A DNA stretch of 64,000 nucleotides, from NCBI GenBank assembly GCA_963792415.1, contig CAWBVY010000004.1:288001-352000 (forward strand), given 5' to 3'. The stretch is from Candidatus Deferrimicrobiaceae bacterium (GTDB taxonomy: Bacteria > Desulfobacterota > Deferrimicrobia > Deferrimicrobiales > Deferrimicrobiaceae). Each line of letters opens with the position of its first letter. Within the stretch, counting starts at the first letter, position 1. Shown piece by piece: positions 53,140-62,302 of this stretch. Both the position numbers and the translations under genes were made by a program. The notes below the pieces were generated by a model. It was given only the letters and a program-made list of their open reading frames with translations. It was not told the DNA's origin and did not search any database.

Positions 53140-53605
53140 GGAGATCCTGGTTTTCCCCGATCCGTTCCTGGCGCGGAAGGCGGCCCCCGTGGCCGCGGTG
53201 GACGACCGGATCCGCGCCCTCGTCCGCGACATGTTCGAGACGATGTACGCCGCCGAGGGGGTCGGGCTCGCCGCGACCCAGGTGGGGGTGGGGAAACGGG
53301 TCGTCGTCCTCGACGTCTCTCCGGTGGACGAGACGCTCGGCCCCATGGCCGTCGTCAACCCCGTGATCGTCTCGCGGAAAGGATCGGTGACGGGCCTCGA
53401 GGGGTGCCTGAGCGTCCCCGGGGTCCAGGGCGAGGTGTGCCGCGCCGAAACCGTCGAGGTGCGCGGCATGGACGAGCACGGGAATCCGCTTCGGATCCAG
53501 GCCGCCGGGATCCTCTCCCGCGCGCTGCAGCACGAGATCGACCACCTGGACGGGGTTCTTTTCATCGAGCGCGCTTCCTCCTCCGCGGCGGCCTCCGCGA
53601 AGTGA
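53132..53605 (+). CDS. def: Peptide deformylase
   Basis: GVGLAATQ, EGCLS, QHEIDHLDG. Confidence 0.97.
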   Translation: MRREILVFPDPFLARKAAPVAAVDDRIRALVRDMFETMYAAEGVGLAATQVGVGKRVVVLDVSPVDETLGPMAVVNPVIVSRKGSVTGLEGCLSVPGVQGEVCRAETVEVRGMDEHGNPLRIQAAGILSRALQHEIDHLDGVLFIERASSSAAASAK

Positions 53606-54567
53606 TCCGCCTGTCGGCAGGCCCCGGGGCCGACCGGTTGCGCACGGTGTTCATGGGTACGCCGTGGTTCGCCGTCTCTTCCCTCGCCGCCCTCGCGGAA
53701 GCGGTGGACGTGACCCTTGTCCTGTGCAACCCGGACCGGCCTGCTGGACGTGGACGATCGATGGCGTCGCCCCCGGTAAAGGATGAGGCGGTACGTCGCG
53801 GGATCCCGGTCTTCCAGCCGGAAAAGGCACGCCATCCCGACGCCGTCGCCCGGATCGCCGCCGAGGCGCCCGACCTGATCGTCGTCGTGGCGTACGGCCA
53901 CATCCTGCCGAAATCGATCCTCGACATCCCCCGTATCGGGTGCATCAACGTCCACGCGTCCCTGCTTCCGAAGTACCGCGGGGCGGCCCCGATCAACTGG
54001 GCGGTGGCGCGGGGCGAAACGGTGACGGGGGTCACGATCATGCGGATGGACGAGGGAATGGACACGGGTCCCATGCTGCACGTCCGGGAGATGCCGATCG
54101 GCGAAGAAGACACCGCGGAGACGATGTTCGCGAAACTGTCGACCCTCGGGGCCGAGGCGCTGCGCGAGGCGCTGAGCAGGCTGCGGGAGGGGACGCTCGG
54201 CGAGACGCCGCAGGACGCCGCCCTTGCGACGTACGCCCCGATGCTGAAGAAGGAGCACGGCCGGATCGACTGGAGGCGTCCGGCGGGAGAGATCCGCAAC
54301 CTGGTCCGCGGGATGACGCCGTGGCCCTCCGCGTTCGCGCTTCACGCCGGGAAGACGCTCAAGGTCCTTTCGTCGGTCCTCGCCGCGGAATCCGGACCGG
54401 CGGGGGAGTCCGGCGAGATCGTCGCCCTCGGGCGCGACGGGATCTCGGTCGCCTGCGGGGATGGGGTCCTCCGCCTCCGGTCCGTCCAGCCGGAGGGCGG
54501 AAAGGCGATGGACGCGTGGGCGTACGCCCAGGGCCGGCGCGCGGCGGTGGGGGAACGGCTATCGTAA
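53602..54567 (+). CDS. fmt: Methionyl-tRNA formyltransferase
   Basis: FMGTP, NVHASLLPKYRGAAP, MDTG. Confidence 0.96.
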   Translation: MIRLSAGPGADRLRTVFMGTPWFAVSSLAALAEAVDVTLVLCNPDRPAGRGRSMASPPVKDEAVRRGIPVFQPEKARHPDAVARIAAEAPDLIVVVAYGHILPKSILDIPRIGCINVHASLLPKYRGAAPINWAVARGETVTGVTIMRMDEGMDTGPMLHVREMPIGEEDTAETMFAKLSTLGAEALREALSRLREGTLGETPQDAALATYAPMLKKEHGRIDWRRPAGEIRNLVRGMTPWPSAFALHAGKTLKVLSSVLAAESGPAGESGEIVALGRDGISVACGDGVLRLRSVQPEGGKAMDAWAYAQGRRAAVGERLS

Positions 54568-55892
54568 GGGACGCGGCGATCTCGGTCCTGGCCCGGGTGG
54601 ACCGCGACGAGGCCTTCGCCGACATCGTGCTCGACCGCGCGCTGCGCGACGCGGGCTTTTCCGATTTCCGCGACCGGGGGCTCCTGACGGAGCTCGTGAT
54701 GGGGACCTTGCGCCGGCGCGGCACGATCGATTTCGCCCTTCTGCCGTTCCTCTCCCGTCCCCTCGAACAGACCGACGCGTACGTCCGGAACGCCCTCCGG
54801 GTGGGGGCGTACCAGCTCTTCTACACCCGCATCCCCGACCGCGCGGCTCTGAACGAAACGGTGGCGGCCGTCAAGGCGGCGCGGGGCGGCGGCGCCGGCG
54901 GGTTCGTCAACGCGGTGCTGCGCGGGATCGTCCGGTCGGGGAAGATTCCCGTCCTTCCCCCGGAGGGAGACCCCCGCCGGCTTCCCGCGGAGGGATCGGC
55001 CCCGCGGGATCTCATCGACGCGTTGGCGGGGTCGCTGGGGGAGGCGGAGACGCGGGCGTTCCTCGCCGCGTGCCTCGAGAAACCGCCCTTCGCGGTGCGT
55101 GCCAACCCGTTCCGCGTCGCCACGGGTCCGCTGGCGGGGCGGTTCGCCGACGAAGGGAAAGACCCCGCCCCCTGCCGGTTCGCGCCGGACGGTTTCGTCC
55201 TCGGGAAGCCCTCTCCCGTCTTCTCCGACGCCGCGTTCCTCGAAGGGGCGTACCTCGTCATGGACGAGGGGGCGCAGTTGATCGCCCCGTTGCTTTGTCC
55301 CGGTCCGGGCGAGCGGATTCTCGACGCCTGCGCCGCCCCGGGGGGGAAGACGACGCACCTGTCCGCCCTCGCAGGCGGAAAGGCGGAGATCCTCGCGGCG
55401 GACGTCTCCGCCCTGCGGCTCCGCATGCTGCGCGAGGTGGTGACGCGGACCGGCGCCCCGGGGATCCGGACGGCACTCCACGACCTCTCCCGGGCTCCGA
55501 TGACGCCTTCCTCCGGGCTCTTCGACAAGGTCCTGGTGGATGCTCCGTGCACCGGGATGGGGGTGATCCGCCGGAACCCGGACGCCAAGTGGCGGTTCCG
55601 GCCGGACGGGCCGCGGCGGATGGCGCGGGTCCAGGCGGCGATCCTGCGGAACGCGTGGGAAGCCGTGCGCCCGGGCGGGCTCCTTCTCTATTGCACCTGT
55701 TCGCCGTTGAGGGAGGAAAACGAGGAGGTCGTCGCCGCGTTCCTCGCGGACCGGCCGGAGGCGGCCGTGGCGGCCCGTCCCGGCGATGGATCGGACCCCG
55801 CCGACGCCTGGACGGCGGACGGATTTCTTCGCGTGTACCCCCACCGGCACGGCACCGACGCCTTCTTCGCCGCGCTTCTGCGGAAGAGGTGA
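54516..55892 (+). CDS. rsmB: 16S rRNA m5C967 methyltransferase (start uncertain)
   Basis: NusB-like N-terminus, DACAAPGGKT, DAPCTG, YCTCS; follows fmt. Confidence 0.9.
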   Translation: MGVRPGPARGGGGTAIVRDAAISVLARVDRDEAFADIVLDRALRDAGFSDFRDRGLLTELVMGTLRRRGTIDFALLPFLSRPLEQTDAYVRNALRVGAYQLFYTRIPDRAALNETVAAVKAARGGGAGGFVNAVLRGIVRSGKIPVLPPEGDPRRLPAEGSAPRDLIDALAGSLGEAETRAFLAACLEKPPFAVRANPFRVATGPLAGRFADEGKDPAPCRFAPDGFVLGKPSPVFSDAAFLEGAYLVMDEGAQLIAPLLCPGPGERILDACAAPGGKTTHLSALAGGKAEILAADVSALRLRMLREVVTRTGAPGIRTALHDLSRAPMTPSSGLFDKVLVDAPCTGMGVIRRNPDAKWRFRPDGPRRMARVQAAILRNAWEAVRPGGLLLYCTCSPLREENEEVVAAFLADRPEAAVAARPGDGSDPADAWTADGFLRVYPHRHGTDAFFAALLRKR

Positions 55893-55948
55893 TCCGGTCA
55901 CCCGGAGGGCGGTGACGTGCTACTATCGAACCCGGGGAGGGGAACTTC

Positions 55949-56626
55949 ATGGAGTATTACATCGCGCCGTCGCTCCTTTCGGCGGACTTCGGCCGGCTGG
56001 CGGACGAGGTCCGGGCGGTCGAGAAGGCGGGCGCGGACCTGCTCCACGTCGACGTGATGGACGGCCGTTTCGTCCCCAACATCACCATCGGCCCGTCGGT
56101 GGTGGCGGCGATCCGGAAAGCGTCGACTGTGCCCCTCGACGTCCACCTGATGATCGTGGAGCCGGAGCGGTACGTCGACGACTTCGCGAAGGCGGGGGCC
56201 GACATCATCACCGTCCACGCCGAGGCGACCCCCCACCTCCAGCGCGTCGTCGCGCGCATCCGCGAGCTCGGGAAGAAGGCGGGCGTCGCCCTCAATCCCT
56301 CCACGTCGCTCTCTTCCGTCGAATGGGTCCTGACCGACGTGGACATGGTCCTTCTCATGAGCGTCAACCCGGGCTTCGGCGGCCAGGCGTTCCTGCCGTC
56401 CACGCTCGGCAAGACCGAGCTGCTCCGCTCCCAGCTCACCCGCGCGGGCATCGACGTCGACATCCAGGTCGACGGCGGGATCAAGGCGGAAAACGTCGGC
56501 GATGTGGCCGCCGCCGGGGCGAACGTGATCGTCTCCGGATCGGGGATCTTCGGGACTCCCGAGTACGGGAAGACGATCGCCCTGATGAAGCGGAATATCC
56601 GGAAGGCCGTCGGCGCGACGGCCTGA
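55949..56626 (+). CDS. rpe: Ribulose-phosphate 3-epimerase
   Basis: HVDVMDG, DVHLMI, MSVNPGFGGQ, VDGG. Confidence 0.97.
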   Translation: MEYYIAPSLLSADFGRLADEVRAVEKAGADLLHVDVMDGRFVPNITIGPSVVAAIRKASTVPLDVHLMIVEPERYVDDFAKAGADIITVHAEATPHLQRVVARIRELGKKAGVALNPSTSLSSVEWVLTDVDMVLLMSVNPGFGGQAFLPSTLGKTELLRSQLTRAGIDVDIQVDGGIKAENVGDVAAAGANVIVSGSGIFGTPEYGKTIALMKRNIRKAVGATA

Positions 56627-56652
56627 GGCGGGATCGGGAGAGGAGGCGGCAA

Positions 56653-57297
56653 ATGGCGGACCGTGTGCAGATCGGCCTGTGGCAGCTGGATCTCCGGGCC
56701 CGGAAGTGCGTCGAGGCCTTGAGGAAGAACGGCTTCGACGCCCACTTCCTGCCCGACCCGGAGGCGGTTCGCGCCCGCGTCCTCGCGGAGTGCGATCCGG
56801 CAGACTCCGTCGGTTTCGGGGGGTCGATGTCCGTCGCGGGATTGGGGATCTTCGAGGCCTTGTCGGGCCGGGGGAAGAAGCTGTACGACCACGGACGGGT
56901 TCCCCCGGAGGAGAGGGCCGCCACGCGCCTGGCCCAGCTCACCTGCGACCTGTTCCTCACCGGGACGAACGCGGTGACGCTGGAAGGGTGCCTCGTGAAC
57001 CTCGACATGAACGGGAACCGGACGAACGCGATGACCTTCGGCCCGAGGAAGGTCGTGGTGGTGGCGGGGGGCCAGAAGATCGTCGCGGACCTCCCGGAGG
57101 CGATCCGCAGGATCAAGACGGTATCGGCCCCGCGAAACGCGAAGCGCCTCAAGTTATCCACTCCGTGCGCCGCCACCGGCTTCTGCGAGGATTGCAACTC
57201 TCCCCAGCGGATCTGCCGCGTCTATTCCATCATCGAGCGCAGGCCGGCGAACTCGGACATCACGGTGCTGGTCTGCGGCGAGCCCCTGGGGCTATAG
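56653..57297 (+). CDS. LUD domain (lactate utilization/DUF1121-like) protein
   Basis: GFGGSMS, GTNAVT..G.LVN.D.NGNR, C-terminal Cys cluster. Confidence 0.8.
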   Translation: MADRVQIGLWQLDLRARKCVEALRKNGFDAHFLPDPEAVRARVLAECDPADSVGFGGSMSVAGLGIFEALSGRGKKLYDHGRVPPEERAATRLAQLTCDLFLTGTNAVTLEGCLVNLDMNGNRTNAMTFGPRKVVVVAGGQKIVADLPEAIRRIKTVSAPRNAKRLKLSTPCAATGFCEDCNSPQRICRVYSIIERRPANSDITVLVCGEPLGL

Positions 57298-57310
57298 GAG
57301 GATCCTTCCC

Positions 57311-57679
57311 TTGCCGCTTTCTTTCCTCGGCTTCCTCGCGATCGGCGCCGCGATCGGCGGCTTGTCCGGCATGTTCGGGATCGGCGGCGGCGCCTTCGTC
57401 GTGCCGGCGCTGGTGGTCCTTTGCGGATTCGACCAGAAGATGGCGGCCGGGACGACGCTGGGGATGCTCCTCCCCCCGATCGGCCTCGCCGCCTTCTGGC
57501 AATATTACAGGGCGGACCTGGTGAACGTTCCGGCCGCTCTGCTCCTCGTCGTGGGATTCCTGGCGGGCTCCTACCTGTCCGCGGGGTACGCGATCGGGCT
57601 CCCCTCGCTCCTCCTGAAGCGGGCGTTCGGGGTGCTGCTGATCGTGACCGGGGTGATCTATATATTGACGGCAAAATAG
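57311..57679 (+). CDS. TSUP/TauE-SafE family membrane protein (half size)
   Basis: GMFGIGGG, AAGTTL. Confidence 0.8.
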   Translation: MPLSFLGFLAIGAAIGGLSGMFGIGGGAFVVPALVVLCGFDQKMAAGTTLGMLLPPIGLAAFWQYYRADLVNVPAALLLVVGFLAGSYLSAGYAIGLPSLLLKRAFGVLLIVTGVIYILTAK

Positions 57680-57693
57680 GCCGTTGGTATCAT
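57665..57693 (+). promoter_or_regulatory. sigma70 promoter for tRNA-Pro
   Basis: TTGACG-17 nt-TATCAT. Confidence 0.75.
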
Positions 57694-57705
57694 GCCGGAT
57701 TACGT

Positions 57706-57782
57706 CGGGATGTGGCTCAGCCTGGTAGAGCACCTGGTTCGGGACCAGGGGGTCGCTGGTTCAAATCCAGTCATCCCGACCA
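57706..57782 (+). tRNA. tRNA-Pro (CGG)
   Basis: Acceptor stem CGGGATG/CATCCCG, anticodon arm CCTGG-TTCGGGA-CCAGG, TTCAAAT T-loop, encoded CCA, 77 nt. Confidence 0.96.
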
Positions 57783-57790
57783 TGAATTTC

Positions 57791-57827
57791 AGGGGGTTGC
57801 GGATTCCCGGTCCGTAGCCCCTTTTTC
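57791..57827 (+). terminator. Intrinsic terminator after tRNA-Pro
   Basis: AGGGGGTTGCGGA...TCCGTAGCCCCT stem followed by a T-tract. Confidence 0.75.
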
Positions 57828-57859
57828 GTTTCCCCTTTCCCGTCCGGAGGACAGAGACG

Positions 57860-59401
57860 ATGAACCTGGCCAGGCTGCTTTCCGAAACCGCGGCGAGGAA
57901 CCCCGGCAAGAACGCCGTCGTGTTCGAGGGGACCCCCTGCACGTACGGCGCCTTCGACCGGGAAGTGGAGCGGTACGCGGCCATGCTCCACGCCGCGGGG
58001 GTGGGGAAAGGGGACCGGGTCGCGATCCAGCTCCCGAAACGGATGGAATTCCTCTTCCTCCACTTCGCCACCCTCTCGGTCGGCGCCGTCACCCTGCCCC
58101 TAAACGCGGAGTACCGGCCCGAGGAGGTCGGGTATTTCCTCTCGGACTCGGGAAGTTCCCAGTTCATCACGGACGGCGAACGGTACGAGCGGGCGGCGGG
58201 GGCGCTCCGGGGATTGCGGGGAGTCCACACCTTCCTGGTGGACGGGGAAGGCGGAGGCGGAGCGGAGAGCCTCGCGGACCGGCTCTCCGCCGCACCTTCC
58301 GGCTTCCGTCGGAGCTGGCCGGCGGGCGGCGACGACCCGGCGATGATCTGCTACACCTCGGGGACGACCGGACGGTCCAAGGGAGCCGTGATCACGCACC
58401 GGAACCTGATATCGAACCTGCTGGCGCTGCACGACGCCTGGGAGTGGACCGGGGCCGACGTGCTCCTGCACGTGCTTCCCCTGTTCCACGTCCACGGGCT
58501 GAACGTCGCAACCCACGGGAGCCTGTACGCCGGCTCCACGATCGTCATGCACGGGAAGTTCGACCCGGGGAGGGCGTGGGACGCGCTGGAAGCGCGCGGG
58601 TGCACCCTGTTCATGGGGGTTCCCACGGTCTACCAGCGGATGATGGGGGAGTGGGAGAAGCGGGAGAGGAAACCCGACCTGCGCGGGATGCGGCTGTTCA
58701 TCTCCGGGTCCGCGCCGCTTTCCGACAGCCTCTTCCACCGGTTCGAGCGGGCCACGGGTTTCCGGATCCTGGAGCGGTACGGCATGACCGAGACGGGGAT
58801 GATCGCCTCCAACCGGGTCGACCCGGCGCACCGCAAGGCGAAGAGCGTGGGGTACCCCCTGGCGGGGGTGGACCTCCGGGTCACCGGGGAAAACGGCGCC
58901 GACGTCCGCCCGGGGGAAGTGGGAGAGGTCTGGATCCGGGGGGACAACGTCTTCCCGGGATACTGGGGGATGCCCGGGAAGTCGGCGGAGTCGTTCGTGG
59001 ACGGCTGGTTCCGGTCGGGGGATCTCGGGTTCCGGGACCCGGAAGACGGCGGGAGGCTGTACCTGGTCGGACGGGCGAAGGAACTGATCATCACCGGCGG
59101 CTACAACGTCTACCCGAAGGAGGTCGAGAACGTCCTGGAATCCCACGAGGCGGTGAAGGAGTCCGCGGTGGTCGGGCTTCCGGACGAGGAGTTCGGGGAG
59201 AAGGTCGTCGCCGTCGTCGTGCAGAAGGAGGGGTCGGCCCCCGTCGCGCCGGAAACCTTCGTGGCGCACTGCAGGACGCATCTCGCGTCGTACAAGTGCC
59301 CGAGGCAGGTCTTCATCGTCCCGGATCTCCCCCGGAACGCCATGGGGAAGATCCGGAAGAACCGGATCGTCGCGTCCCTTCGGGACGGCACGCCGCTCTG
59401 A
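57860..59401 (+). CDS. Acyl-CoA synthetase (MatB/malonyl-CoA synthetase-like)
   Basis: YTSGTTGRSKG, LPLFHVHG, ERYGMTE, PRNAMGK. Confidence 0.88.
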   Translation: MNLARLLSETAARNPGKNAVVFEGTPCTYGAFDREVERYAAMLHAAGVGKGDRVAIQLPKRMEFLFLHFATLSVGAVTLPLNAEYRPEEVGYFLSDSGSSQFITDGERYERAAGALRGLRGVHTFLVDGEGGGGAESLADRLSAAPSGFRRSWPAGGDDPAMICYTSGTTGRSKGAVITHRNLISNLLALHDAWEWTGADVLLHVLPLFHVHGLNVATHGSLYAGSTIVMHGKFDPGRAWDALEARGCTLFMGVPTVYQRMMGEWEKRERKPDLRGMRLFISGSAPLSDSLFHRFERATGFRILERYGMTETGMIASNRVDPAHRKAKSVGYPLAGVDLRVTGENGADVRPGEVGEVWIRGDNVFPGYWGMPGKSAESFVDGWFRSGDLGFRDPEDGGRLYLVGRAKELIITGGYNVYPKEVENVLESHEAVKESAVVGLPDEEFGEKVVAVVVQKEGSAPVAPETFVAHCRTHLASYKCPRQVFIVPDLPRNAMGKIRKNRIVASLRDGTPL

Positions 59402-59429
59402 ACCTCCCCCGTCCCCGCTTCGGGTCCGC

Positions 59430-60203
59430 CTACCGGAGCAGCGCGAGGAGCGCCTCCGCCTCCATGTAGCCGCTGACCATGCGCCCGTCCGGGAGGATCA
59501 GCGTCGGCGTCCCCTCGATCCTCAGCCGCTCGGTGAGCCGGATCGTCTCGTCCACCGCGTCGCTCTTGCACGACGGGGCCGGCAGCTCCTTCCCGGCGTA
59601 GGCGTCGTCGAGCATCTTCTCCGATTTCGAGCAGACGACCGTCTGGCACTTCCGGTATGTGGCCTTGTCGTTCCTGTTTCGCGGGTACGGCATCACGAGG
59701 AACGCCACGTCCGGATCCTTCGCCACCGCTTTCTTGATCTCCCCGTGAAGCTTCACGCAATAGGGGCACGTCGGGTCGGACAGGACGATCACCGTCTTCT
59801 TCGCCGTCTTGCTCCCGATCCGGATGGCGTCCTGGACCGGGATGGCGGCGACGTCCACGCGGTTGAGGTCCTGGTACCGGAGTCCTGTGAGGTTCGCCAT
59901 GTCGGACAGGCGGATGAACTGCCCGCTGATGAGGTACTTCAGGGAATAGTCGAGGTAGAGGGGATAGATTCTCCCGTTCCGGACGACGTCCACCTCCCAG
60001 ACGCCGGGGAACGGCCCCGGCGCGACGGCGACGACGTTGTCAACGATCTTCGCGAGCATCTTCCCCGCCTCTTCCTTCGAGAGTTTGTGGCACTCCGAGC
60101 AGTCCCCGGCGGCCCCGGCCTCTTTCCGGAACGCATCGGCGGGAGCGGAAAGGCACAGGGCGAGAAACGCGGCAAGAACACAGGCGGACAGGAACGGTTT
60201 CAT
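59430..60203 (-). CDS. DsbC-family thiol:disulfide isomerase with N-terminal CxxCH
   Basis: Signal peptide, CSECH, DPTCPYC active site, GTPT cis-Pro loop. Confidence 0.85.
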   Translation of the reverse strand: MKPFLSACVLAAFLALCLSAPADAFRKEAGAAGDCSECHKLSKEEAGKMLAKIVDNVVAVAPGPFPGVWEVDVVRNGRIYPLYLDYSLKYLISGQFIRLSDMANLTGLRYQDLNRVDVAAIPVQDAIRIGSKTAKKTVIVLSDPTCPYCVKLHGEIKKAVAKDPDVAFLVMPYPRNRNDKATYRKCQTVVCSKSEKMLDDAYAGKELPAPSCKSDAVDETIRLTERLRIEGTPTLILPDGRMVSGYMEAEALLALLR

Positions 60204-60437
60204 CCGGGGTCTCCTTGGACAGGGATCATTGCTACAAGAAAGCATTGGTCAATTGTACAACGCCCCGTGTGGCATCCCGCCGAATTTCAGAATGCGTCGA
60301 CGGGATCCGCCCGTTCGCCCCCCCGGACGGTCGAATTCCGGATCATCGGCGCTTGCAGGCGAAAAACGTTGTTGCCACGAACGCGATTTTTTTGAGATTA
60401 TGGTTCATCAAAATACCGTCTTGCCTTGGGGGTACGA

Positions 60438-61760
60438 ATGGGAATCCGGACGACCGGGGGAATCCTCCGGAAGAGCCTCTCCCCAACGTTCCTTGTGATC
60501 GCCTTTTCCCTGATCCTTTCCGCCTTCCCGACCGGTCCCGCCGCGGCGGCGGATGTGACCGCCTCCTCGAAGACCTATGGCCTGTTGTTCGAGCGGGAGC
60601 TCGCCGGGGGTCAGAAGGACACCTACGCCCCGCTGTACGAATACCTGTCGGCGGACGCGGCGAACCTGGGCGGCAAACCGCTCTCCTTGCACTTCTACGG
60701 CTGGGGGCGGGTCGACCTCGGGGAGCAGACCGGGACCGGCAGTACGTCGGGGGAAATCAGCAGCCTCTACCTCGAGTACCAGCACCCGGAGGGGAACGCC
60801 CAGGGGAAGCTGGGTCGATTCTTCCTCACGGAAGGGGCGGCGATGGATACGGTCGACGGGGTGTTCGTCAAGGCGACGACTCCCGTCGGGCTGGGGGTTT
60901 CCCTCTACGGCGGCGTCCCCGTGGAGTACTCCATCCTGGAGAATGCCGGGAAGGGGGACTCCCTCTACGGCGGCCGGATCTTCTTCGTCAAGTCCGGATT
61001 CGCCGAGATCGGCGCCTCGTACCTGAAGGAGAACAATTCGTCCGACGCGCTGGACCGCGAGCTGTACGGCGGCGATCTGTGGGTGCGCGTCGGGGGCCCG
61101 GTGGAGTTCACCGGGAAGGCGTACTACAACAACTCCGCGAGCGAGATGGCGTCGCAGCGGTACGCGGTCCGGATCGTTCCCAATGCGACCTTCGACATCA
61201 CCGCGGGGTACGAGGCGTATAGTTACAAGGGGCTCTTCCGGTCGGCGCTGAACCCGGCGTTCACATTCCCCTCGGTGGACAACAACGACAAAGTCCAGAC
61301 GATCTTCGGCATCGTGGATTGGGAGTTCACCCCCGGCTGGACCCTGGAGGTGGCGGGGAAGAACATCCGGCACGACCTGTCGGATCCCGGCGACGCCAAC
61401 CGCGGCGAGGTCGGGGTGCGGCACACGTACAACGACAAGAAGGACGTGGCGGGGCTCTCCGCCGCCTTCGTTTCGGCCGACAGCGCGGAAAACGAGTACC
61501 AGGAATACCGCGCTTTTGCCACCTATTCCCCCGACAAGCTCCGGGTGACGCTTGACGGACTCATCCAGAACTACAAGCAGGAGATCAACGGAAAGAAGAA
61601 CGCCTACCAGGTGGTCGCCACGGCGGGGTACCAGGTCCTCGCCGCGCTGCAGGTCTCCGGCAACCTGACCTACACGCAGAGCCCGAACTTCGATAACGAT
61701 TATGCAGGCTTGATCCGGCTGAGCTACGACCTCGCCACCAGCACGGGAGGGAAGAAATGA
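60438..61760 (+). CDS. Outer-membrane beta-barrel (porin of a porin-cytochrome conduit)
   Basis: Signal peptide, amphipathic Tyr/Gly-rich strands, terminal strand LIRLSYD; overlaps the cytochrome gene. Confidence 0.78.
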   Translation: MGIRTTGGILRKSLSPTFLVIAFSLILSAFPTGPAAAADVTASSKTYGLLFERELAGGQKDTYAPLYEYLSADAANLGGKPLSLHFYGWGRVDLGEQTGTGSTSGEISSLYLEYQHPEGNAQGKLGRFFLTEGAAMDTVDGVFVKATTPVGLGVSLYGGVPVEYSILENAGKGDSLYGGRIFFVKSGFAEIGASYLKENNSSDALDRELYGGDLWVRVGGPVEFTGKAYYNNSASEMASQRYAVRIVPNATFDITAGYEAYSYKGLFRSALNPAFTFPSVDNNDKVQTIFGIVDWEFTPGWTLEVAGKNIRHDLSDPGDANRGEVGVRHTYNDKKDVAGLSAAFVSADSAENEYQEYRAFATYSPDKLRVTLDGLIQNYKQEINGKKNAYQVVATAGYQVLAALQVSGNLTYTQSPNFDNDYAGLIRLSYDLATSTGGKK

Positions 61761-62227
61761 TGCGCCGCGCGCACGTCGCGAATATTCTCGGGGTGGCCCT
61801 TTTCGCCCTGCTGTTCGGTTGCTCCGCCGTTTCCCAGGCCCCTTCGGTGCCCCCGAAGCACCCGGAAGAGCTTCCGACCGGGCGGGTCAATTGCCTCGAA
61901 TGCCACGAGAACGTGTCCACCGGGGCGCTGAAGCCGTACGGGACGTTCCGCCACTCCCGCGTCTTCATCGATTCCCACGGCACGTACGCGCGGCAGGGGC
62001 AGAGCCTGTGCTCTTCCTGCCACAAGCCGGAGTTCTGCCAGACGTGCCACGCCGGGAAGGAGGAGCTGAAACCGAACACGAAGATGGGCGACCGGCCGGA
62101 CCGGAGGGCGCCGCACCGCGGCGACTACCTGGTCGCGCACCGGATCGACGGGCGCCTCGACCCCGGCTCGTGCTTCCAGTGCCACGGGAACAAGAACGAC
62201 GCGCGCTGCAGGCAGTGCCATCGGTAA
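61757..62227 (+). CDS. Pentaheme c-type cytochrome lipoprotein
   Basis: Lipobox LFGC; CLECH, CSSCH, CQTCH, CFQCH, CRQCH. Confidence 0.92.
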   Translation: MMRRAHVANILGVALFALLFGCSAVSQAPSVPPKHPEELPTGRVNCLECHENVSTGALKPYGTFRHSRVFIDSHGTYARQGQSLCSSCHKPEFCQTCHAGKEELKPNTKMGDRPDRRAPHRGDYLVAHRIDGRLDPGSCFQCHGNKNDARCRQCHR

Positions 62228-62302
62228 AGCGTCCCGCGTCCTTCGAACGGACGATCTCGGGGAGCGTGGCGGATTCCAAGCGGTAAGAAGGAGGAGCGAG
62301 AG

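Noticed and set aside
57706-57860. tRNA-Pro as an island integration site
   Set aside because: No integrase, no duplicated tRNA 3' end and no obvious composition shift within the window.
60204-60437. Cyclic-dinucleotide (GEMM) riboswitch or sigma54 promoter upstream of the cytochrome operon
   Set aside because: No GEMM consensus and no correctly spaced TGGCAC-n5-TTGC were visible; an Infernal/Rfam scan would settle it.
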